From assembly GCA_963706025.1 (NCBI GenBank), contig CAVPLM010000027.1, positions 1-23,220 of the forward strand: a stretch of DNA of 23,220 nucleotides, in the 5' to 3' direction. The stretch's first letter is position 1. Each line of letters starts with the position of its first letter. The notes beneath the pieces were generated by a model. It searched no databases. It saw only the letters and a list, made by a program, of their open reading frames with translations, and was not told where the DNA came from. Origin of the DNA: an uncultured Actinomycetes bacterium. GTDB taxonomy: Bacteria > Actinomycetota > Thermoleophilia > RBG-16-64-13. Positions 16,980 to 23,220 of this stretch are shown here, one piece after another. The position numbers and the translations under genes are program-made.

Positions 16980-17187
16980 GGTCCTGTCCGGAGCCGACGT
17001 CTGCCGCATTCTCTCCGATCAGGGCTTCACCGAAGCAAGCCGCAGGGGAAGTCACGTCGTGATGCAGAAGGGCACGCCGGACCGCACAGTCACGGTGCCC
17101 GTTCCCACTCATGCTGAACTCAGACGAGGCACACTCGCCTCAGTCGTCCGCCAGTCCGGACTCCCTCGTTCCCTATTCGAAGAGTGA
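16966..17187 (+). CDS. hicA: HicA-family mRNA interferase toxin
   Basis: LSG..VCRIL...GF....RRGSH (catalytic His), VPVPTH.EL.RGTL.S..RQSGL; overlaps hicB. Confidence 0.92.
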   Translation: MGRLRVLSGADVCRILSDQGFTEASRRGSHVVMQKGTPDRTVTVPVPTHAELRRGTLASVVRQSGLPRSLFEE

Positions 17188-17220
17188 TCGCGACGTCGGT
17201 GGGGCGGCGCCTCGACCCAC

Positions 17221-17877
17221 CTAGTCCACGCTGACCGACCGCACTTCTTCCAGTTCTGCGATGAGAGCGGTCAGCTTGGCTCTATCGAGGCCGCGCGGCA
17301 TCTTCAAAAAGAGATGGATGGTGTCGCGGTCATCCTCGCCCGGCACCACGGCCATCTCCTTGACGATCACGTGGGCCGCATGGAGCATGCCCAGGAGTTG
17401 AGCGAGGGATGAAAAGCCGGGAGAGCGGAAATGGATCCGCACTCCTACCGCTTGTCCCAAGCGGGGATAGAGGATGCGGTTCTCGATGAGTCGCAGAACG
17501 TAGAGACTGACTATCACCACTCCCGTGGTGATCAGGGCCGCGGAGTAGAAACCCTGGGCAGCGAGTAGTCCCACTGCGGCCACGGTCCAAAGACTCGCAG
17601 CCGTGGTAAGGCCCCGCACCGAGACGCCGTACCGGATGATAGCTCCGGCGCCCAGGAAGCCTATCCCGGTCACCACCTGGGCCGAGATCCGGTTGGGGTC
17701 GAAATCCGTTCCCTCGAGACCGTACGACGAGGCCATGGTAAAAGCGGCTGCCCCCACCGCGACCAGGATGTGAGTCCTGAAGCCCGCCGTGTGCTCCCGG
17801 ATCTCTCGCTCTATCCCGATCAGTCCACCGAGCACGCCGGCGAGGAGGATACGTATGACCACGTCCAGAGTTGACAC
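17221..17877 (-). CDS. mgtC: MgtC/SapB family membrane protein
   Basis: LGGLIGIERE, AGFRTHILVAVGAA, DPNRISAQVVTGIGFLGAGAI and GLTTAASLW; C-terminal ACT-like domain. Confidence 0.94.
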   Translation of the reverse strand: MSTLDVVIRILLAGVLGGLIGIEREIREHTAGFRTHILVAVGAAAFTMASSYGLEGTDFDPNRISAQVVTGIGFLGAGAIIRYGVSVRGLTTAASLWTVAAVGLLAAQGFYSAALITTGVVIVSLYVLRLIENRILYPRLGQAVGVRIHFRSPGFSSLAQLLGMLHAAHVIVKEMAVVPGEDDRDTIHLFLKMPRGLDRAKLTALIAELEEVRSVSVD

Positions 17878-17915
17878 CGGCGTCTCCCGCTGAGTTGCGG
17901 TCCAAGTCGCTTCTC

Positions 17916-17944
17916 ATACTAGGACCGGAAGAGGGCGGCATCAA
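17916..17944 (-). promoter_or_regulatory. Candidate promoter of mgtC
   Basis: Minus strand TTGATG(17944-17939)-17 bp-TAGTAT(17921-17916), ~40 nt upstream of the GTG start. Confidence 0.55.
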
Positions 17945-18019
17945 GATGTCACAGGCGACCGAGGGCGCCCGATGGGCGCAATCGTGTTCAGGTTCTCGTC
18001 AGCTGTTCGCTACAGGAAC

Positions 18020-18039
18020 GTTACTCACTTGTGAGAAAC
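18020..18039. promoter_or_regulatory. Palindromic candidate operator between mgtC and the wHTH-GpgS-HAD gene
   Basis: GTTACTCAC-TT-GTGAGAAAC: 9-bp arms with 8/9 complementary positions, AT-rich. Confidence 0.45.
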
Positions 18040-18143
18040 TATCGATTACGCGAAGACAAAGCCCGTGCCGGGGTCAGCTACTTCTGCTGGCCGTCATCCC
18101 ACGTATGAGACGGACCTCCGTCGGTCTCTGGAAAGGTGGAGTG

Positions 18144-19934
18144 ATGAGGTCCACGGAAGCGATCGGTCAGGCCGAACGACGGTATCTGCAGGCCGTCCAC
18201 GATCTCGTCGGCGGTGAGGCGAACACCGCTGTATCGTTCCGCGATGTCCAGGAATACCTCTCATATACCGACGATGAAGCAAGTCACTGCAGCGATCTTT
18301 GGACTCGCTGCGGAGCGGTCGAGTGGCCGACTTTGGGTCACTTAGCTCTGACACAAATCGGGCTGGCTCGCGCCAGGCGCATCGCGACGAGCATCCCGGC
18401 TGCCTCTTCCTTCGGGCCGGGTGTATCCGGAGATCCGCGAGACAAGGAGAGCAGCCCTCGGACAATTGAAGCTGGGGCGATCTCCGTTGTGATCCCAGCT
18501 CTCAATGAGGCAGGGACCATCGGTCAGCTCGTGCGGCTTGTCAAAAGCAGCCCCAAGGTGCTCGAGGTTCTGGTGGTTGACGACGGTTCTGTTGATGGCA
18601 CCGCAGAAGTTGCCGCGCAAGCGGGCGCCCGGGTGATGATGAGTTCGCTTTTGGGCAAGGGTGCGTCCATGGAGGACGGGGTGAGGGCTACCCGGGGAGA
18701 GATCGTCCTCTTTCTCGACGCAGACCTCCTGGAGATCAGCGAGGATTTCGTCGAAAGGATGGTCGCTCCCATCCTCGCGGGGGAGGCAGATCTGGTGAAG
18801 GCCAAGTTCACGCGCGACTCCGGCCGCGTGACCATTCTGACCGCCCGCCCACTTCTTGGTGCCTTCTTTCCCGAGTTGGCCAGGTTTGATCAGCCACTTG
18901 GAGGGATCGTCGCCGTTCGACGTTGGTTGGTCGGCAGCCTTCGGCTCGAGAATGACTACGGTGTCGATGTGGGCCTGCTGATCGACGTGGTGGCCAGGGG
19001 AGCTCGGGCAGTGGAGGTCGACATCGGTCGGATCGACCACGAAAGTCAGCCGCTCGAGGCTTTGGGGGACATGGCACGACAGGTCACCAGGGTCATTCTC
19101 GACCGGGCGTGGAGACACGAGCGTCTGAGCATGAATCTCGTGCTTGAGATGCAGGAGACGGAGCGAAGAGCCAAAGCTGAGCTTCTCCCACCCGTAGATT
19201 CCCCCGCCGATGGACGGAAGTTCGCCCTGCTTGATATGGACGGCGTCCTCCTGGATGGTCGTTTCGTTGTAGCGCTGGCCGATCGGATCGGAGCTCAGTC
19301 CGAGCTCCCACTGCTCCTGGATAGCAAGGTCTTGCCTGACGGCGAGCGGACCAGGGCCATCGCGTCATTGTTCACCGGGGTACGCCGGGAGGTTTTTGAA
19401 GAGACGGCCTTGTCCATGCCGCTCATGGAGGGCGCCGTGGACCTTGTGGTCGCTCTTCGCAAGGCGGGCTACCGGGTAGGCATTGTGACCGACAGCTTCC
19501 ACGTCGCGGCGGAGACGGTTCGCCGACGGGTCTTTGCTGACTTCAGCGTAGCTCACGTGATGCGGTTTCGAAACGGCACGGCGACGGGGGAGATCACGCT
19601 GTCGCCGTTCATGCTCGGCCCCGGGGGGTGTCGGGAGCACGATTGCTGCAAGTCAAACGTGATCAGGCGATTGCACGAGTCGGCCGGGCTCGTGCCCGAG
19701 CAGACCCTGGCGGTGGGCGATGGGGAGAACGACATCTGCATGCTACGAGACGCGGGCATTTCGGTGGCATTCCGACCCAAGTCAAGACTGGTGGAAGAAG
19801 CGGCCACGCATAGTCTCGACGGCTCTTTGCTCAGCATACTCGATCTGCTTGTCCCAGCGGAGCCTCCTCCGCCATCTGCCAATGCGGGGTCGATCGGGAG
19901 GGAACAAGCTCGGATAGGTTCTCTGGCGGTCTGA
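18144..19934 (+). CDS. Fusion protein: N-terminal wHTH-like domain + glucosyl-3-phosphoglycerate synthase-like glycosyltransferase + SerB-like HAD phosphatase
   Basis: GT-A motifs VVIPALNE, VVDDGSVDGT, GKG, FLDADL; GpgS-type GRVT.LTARPLL, QPLGG, YGVDVGLLID and H..QPL..LG.MARQV. HAD motifs DMDGV, IVTDS and VGDGEND. GAAAGGTGGA RBS before GTG18141/ATG18144. Confidence 0.85.
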   Translation: MRSTEAIGQAERRYLQAVHDLVGGEANTAVSFRDVQEYLSYTDDEASHCSDLWTRCGAVEWPTLGHLALTQIGLARARRIATSIPAASSFGPGVSGDPRDKESSPRTIEAGAISVVIPALNEAGTIGQLVRLVKSSPKVLEVLVVDDGSVDGTAEVAAQAGARVMMSSLLGKGASMEDGVRATRGEIVLFLDADLLEISEDFVERMVAPILAGEADLVKAKFTRDSGRVTILTARPLLGAFFPELARFDQPLGGIVAVRRWLVGSLRLENDYGVDVGLLIDVVARGARAVEVDIGRIDHESQPLEALGDMARQVTRVILDRAWRHERLSMNLVLEMQETERRAKAELLPPVDSPADGRKFALLDMDGVLLDGRFVVALADRIGAQSELPLLLDSKVLPDGERTRAIASLFTGVRREVFEETALSMPLMEGAVDLVVALRKAGYRVGIVTDSFHVAAETVRRRVFADFSVAHVMRFRNGTATGEITLSPFMLGPGGCREHDCCKSNVIRRLHESAGLVPEQTLAVGDGENDICMLRDAGISVAFRPKSRLVEEAATHSLDGSLLSILDLLVPAEPPPPSANAGSIGREQARIGSLAV

Positions 19935-20055
19935 CCTTTCGAGAGATATGCAGGCTGTCATCCATTTGATACAGTCAGCATGTGCTCATCAGGCAAGCCG
20001 GCGGGGGACCGGTGAGGGCCGGGTCCTGCCGGGGAAAGCAAGAGGAGGGCGGACA

Positions 20056-21261
20056 ATGAAGAAAGCGTTGATCCTAGGGTTGGTGCTGGTGTTCGCGCTT
20101 ACGATGTTGGGGCTGGCCGCTTGCGGCGAAGAGGAGGAGACAACGACGAGCGCCGCGCCCACCACGGCGGCGCCCACGACGGCCACGACCGGGGCCGCGG
20201 AGACCACCACTACGGCGGCCGCCGAGACCACCACGACTTCGGCGTATGCTCCCGGAACCTGGAAATTCACCTTCAACACGTTCTTCCCGGCCACGAACAA
20301 CATCGCGATCGTGGGCGAGATGTGGCAGGCTGAGATCACCAAGCGCACCAACGGCGCGGTGGAGTTCGAGTACCTGCCCGGAGCCTCTCTCACGGCCGCC
20401 AACAAAGTCTATGACGGCGTGGTGACCGGTATCTCCGACCTCGGGTTCTCGGTCATGGCCTATACCCCGGGGATCTTCCCCATCATGGAATTCGTCGACT
20501 TCCCCCATGGCTATCCCGCCGGGTACGTCTCGACCATGGTGGTGAACGACTACTACAACAAATTCAAGCCGGCCGAGTTCAACGACGTGCATCTGTTCGC
20601 CTTCTACGGGACAGGGCCTCAGGTGGTCTTCACCACCAGCAAGCCGGTGAAGACGCTGGCGGATAACAAGGGGATGGTGCTCAGGTCCACCGGCGTAGGG
20701 GCCACTATCGCCGGCCTACTGGGAGCCGAAGGGTATGCCGCGCCTCAGAACGAGGCCTACGAACTCATGTCCAAAGGTGTCATCGACGGGAGCATCGCTC
20801 CTCGGGAGGTGTTGCTGGGCTGGAAGCAGGCCGAGGTGGTCAAGTACGTCACCAACTGCTTCTCCATCGGCTCGTGCACCGGCATGTACCTCGTTATGAA
20901 CGGCGACAAATGGAGCGAGCTGCCGCCGGATATCCAGCAGATCTTCACCGACGTGAGCGCGGAGTACGTCGAATACTGGGCCAAGGTAGCTTCGGCCTAC
21001 GACTACGACGCCATGGCCTTCTTCAACGAGCAGGAGGGCCGTGAGGAGATCGACCTGTCCGAAGAGGAGAACGCTGCCTGGAAGACCGCCGTCCGACCGA
21101 TGATCGATGAGAAGAACACCGCTCTCAAGGACGCGGGCTTCACGGACGACTATGAAGGGTTCATCCAGGAGCGGATCGCCTACTGGACGCAGAACCAGGT
21201 CTCCGAAGAAGAATGCTCCGCGTCGGTCAAGGAGAACATCAAGTCACCGTCGGCTAAGTAG
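20056..21261 (+). CDS. dctP: TRAP transporter substrate-binding lipoprotein (DctP family)
   Basis: Signal peptide with lipobox LAAC and a Thr/Ala-rich linker. DctP motifs: KRTNGAVEFEYLPGASL, YDGVVTGISD, YELMSKGVIDG, LVMNGDKWSELPPDIQ. AGGAGG RBS. Confidence 0.9.
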   Translation: MKKALILGLVLVFALTMLGLAACGEEEETTTSAAPTTAAPTTATTGAAETTTTAAAETTTTSAYAPGTWKFTFNTFFPATNNIAIVGEMWQAEITKRTNGAVEFEYLPGASLTAANKVYDGVVTGISDLGFSVMAYTPGIFPIMEFVDFPHGYPAGYVSTMVVNDYYNKFKPAEFNDVHLFAFYGTGPQVVFTTSKPVKTLADNKGMVLRSTGVGATIAGLLGAEGYAAPQNEAYELMSKGVIDGSIAPREVLLGWKQAEVVKYVTNCFSIGSCTGMYLVMNGDKWSELPPDIQQIFTDVSAEYVEYWAKVASAYDYDAMAFFNEQEGREEIDLSEEENAAWKTAVRPMIDEKNTALKDAGFTDDYEGFIQERIAYWTQNQVSEEECSASVKENIKSPSAK

Positions 21262-21308
21262 GAGCCCGGATCCAGCGACCGGCAAGCTACAAGTAGTGAG
21301 GAAAACCA

Positions 21309-21342
21309 GCATAGAGGCGGGGCGCAAGCCCCGCCTCTATGC
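21309..21342 (+). terminator. Perfect 15-bp intercistronic hairpin after dctP (partial terminator or mRNA stabiliser)
   Basis: GCATAGAGGCGGGGC-GCAA-GCCCCGCCTCTATGC with a GNRA loop and no U-tract. Confidence 0.7.
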
Positions 21343-21373
21343 CTAAGCGGTGGTCGTACCCCAAGGAGGTCCT

Positions 21374-21937
21374 ATGGAGATGCTTCCTCCCGAGATGGAG
21401 CCGCTCCCGGTCCGGGAGGTCGAAGCTGAGAACGGCCCCCTAAAGACCGTAGATAGGTACATCGTACTCTTCAGCAAGATCCTGTTCTGGATCGCCGGCG
21501 CCGGCCTCGTTGGGATGCTCGTTCTCATAGTCGCCGACGTCATCGGGATCAAGATACTCTCCCGCCCGGTGCCGGGAGACATCGAGATCATATCTTTCTT
21601 GGCGGTGGTGGCGATAGCCGGCGCAGTCCCCTTCACGCAGGTGATGAAGGGGCACGTGGCGGTCGACTTCATCGTGGAGAAGTTCCCCCGCCGCTCCAAG
21701 CTGGTGATCGACGCCATCATGGTCTTCTTCAGCATTTGTCTGATGGTATTGCTGACCTACTACAGCTTCAAGTACGCCGGGAAGCTCAGATCCACCGGTG
21801 AAGTTTCCATGACCCAGAAGATCCCCTTCTATCCCTTCGTGTACGGGATGGCGGTGTGCTTCTTGGCGCTTCTGCTGGTCCTGATCATGGACTTCATCAA
21901 ATCGATCACCAGGGCGGTCAAGACATGGACCCCGTGA
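21374..21937 (+). CDS. dctQ: TRAP transporter small permease
   Basis: Four TM helices, PVPG..EI, GHVAVDFIVEKFP and IPFYPF; AAGGAGGT RBS before ATG 21374. Confidence 0.9.
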   Translation: MEMLPPEMEPLPVREVEAENGPLKTVDRYIVLFSKILFWIAGAGLVGMLVLIVADVIGIKILSRPVPGDIEIISFLAVVAIAGAVPFTQVMKGHVAVDFIVEKFPRRSKLVIDAIMVFFSICLMVLLTYYSFKYAGKLRSTGEVSMTQKIPFYPFVYGMAVCFLALLLVLIMDFIKSITRAVKTWTP

Positions 21938-23220
21938 CCATCGGGATCATAGGGGTCGCCGTCCTGGTGGTCATCTTCCTGCTGGGCATGCCCGTGGGCT
22001 TCACCATGGCCTTCGTGGGATTGATCGGGTTCGCGGCGGTCAAGGGGCCGGAGGCCGGGCTGAGCATATTGGCGCGAGACTTCTGGGAGATCTGGTCCAG
22101 CTACAACCTCACGGTCATCCCTATGTTCGTCTCCCATGGGCTCGGTGGCATCTATGCGGGGATGAGCGGCAGGCTGTACCAGGCCGCGTATATCATCTTC
22201 GGCAGGTGGCGCGGGAAACGGGCCATGGCCACGATCGTCGCGACGGCCGGGTTCTCGGCCATCTGTGGCTCTATGAGCGCTACCGCGGCGGCCATGGTCT
22301 AAGTGGCCATACCGGAGATGCGACGTTACGGGTACGACCCCGGTCTGGCCTGCGGCTGTATGGCCGCGGCGGGGAGCCTGGGGATCATGATCCCGCCCAG
22401 CACCATCTTCATCATCTACGGCATCCTTTCTGAGCAGTCGATCGGCAAGCTTTTTGTGGCCGGGGTGGTCCCCGGTCTGATCCTGGCTCTTTTCTTCATC
22501 TTCGCGGTCTACATCTGGACCGTGTTCAAACCGACCTCAGCTCCGGCCGGGGGCGGTACCACCATGAAACAGAAGCTGATCGTAATGTCTTGACCGGCCT
22601 CATCGAGATGCTGTTCCTCTTCGCATTGGTCATCGGCGGCCTGTTCGCGGGGCTTTTTAGCCCCACCCAGGCTGCCGGCGTGGGGACGGCGGCCGCCATC
22701 GTCATAGGAGTACTCAGAAGGTCGTTCGACCTGCGGAGGTTCTGGCTTTCGGTCAAGGACACGCTGCTGATCACCGCCATGATCATGACCATTGTCGCTG
22801 GGGCGACGGTGTTCGGTCACTTCATGGCCGTTACCGGGATACCCGGGGCCGTACCCGCCCATTTCCTCGGTGGTCTCCCCAGCCCAAAGACGGTCGTCAT
22901 GATCATGATACTCGCCATGTATCTGGTCGCGGGATGCTTCATGGACTCCCTGGCCATGGTCACGTTGACCGTCCCCTATAAACGATCGCCACCGTCATGG
23001 CCCTGGGCTTTCGACCCCATCTGGTTCGGCGTCATCATCGTCCTGGTGGTGGAGATGGGCGTCATCACGCCGCCGGTGGGGATAAACGTCTACATCATCA
23101 AAGGAGTGGCGCCGGACGTACCCATGGGGAGCATATTCAAGGGGGCTGTAGCGTTCTTGGCAGGCATGATCGTCCTGGCGGCGCTCCTGCTGATATTCCC
23201 TCAGATCGCTACCTGGCTGC
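21925..23220 (+). pseudogene. dctM: TRAP transporter large permease, disrupted as given (probably sequence errors) and running off the window end
   Basis: DctM motifs LGMPVGF, IPMFV, AICGS..ATAA, IPEMRRYGY, GSLGIMIPPS, SIGKLFVAGVVPG, FSPTQAA, FDPIWFG and ITPPVGIN. Lesions: in-frame TAA 22300-22302, a frameshift near 22585, and compensating frameshift pairs near 22131-22152 and 22975-23010. Confidence 0.85.

Noticed and set aside
15751-17220. Prophage, integron or defence island around the TA modules
   Set aside because: No integrase, att-like direct repeats, attC sites or other defence genes are visible.
10535-20055. Long N-terminal extensions in the ORF track (rpsA 10535, vapC 16252, hicB 16503, fusion gene 17871, dctP 19948)
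   Set aside because: Better RBS-linked starts lie downstream, and the extensions overlap promoters or neighbouring genes.
226-22302. TAA reassigned to a sense codon (in-frame TAA in both mtmB and dctM)
   Set aside because: The two sites imply different residues (Tyr-like versus Lys-like), both lie near the window ends, the dctM site sits among frameshifts, and vapC appears to end normally at TAA.
699-22862. Numerous long antisense or alternative-frame ORFs (e.g. 7713..8606-, 13681..14553-, 14563..15465-)
   Set aside because: Shadow ORFs of well-supported genes, expected in GC-rich DNA; no family motifs.

Overview
GC-rich bacterial chromosomal window, most likely from a deep-branching actinobacterium such as Thermoleophilia. 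This is inferred from the polA-rpsA-coaE-(slt)-uvrB order, the 4-domain S1 protein and the lipid-anchored solute-binding protein. From left to right it holds: the 3' part of a monomethylamine methyltransferase (MtmB)-family gene with one in-frame TAA; a LivG/F/H/M-type ABC importer with no binding-protein gene in the window; an ~180-nt structured intergenic RNA candidate (6S/Ms1-like); a CAP-domain protein; an IclR regulator; tatA; a GntR-PBP_like regulator; polA; rpsA with a long acidic repeat tail; an ~190-bp inverted-repeat element; coaE; a lytic transglycosylase; uvrB; two divergent toxin-antitoxin pairs (FitA/VapB-VapC and HicB-HicA); mgtC; a three-domain wHTH-GpgS-HAD phosphatase fusion; and a TRAP transporter (dctP, dctQ, dctM). 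dctM is broken by several lesions that look like low-quality sequence at the window end. The best leads are the wHTH-GpgS-HAD fusion with a candidate operator, the unannotated structured RNA and the bacterial MtmB homolog. All family calls come from motif recognition by eye; no searches were run.
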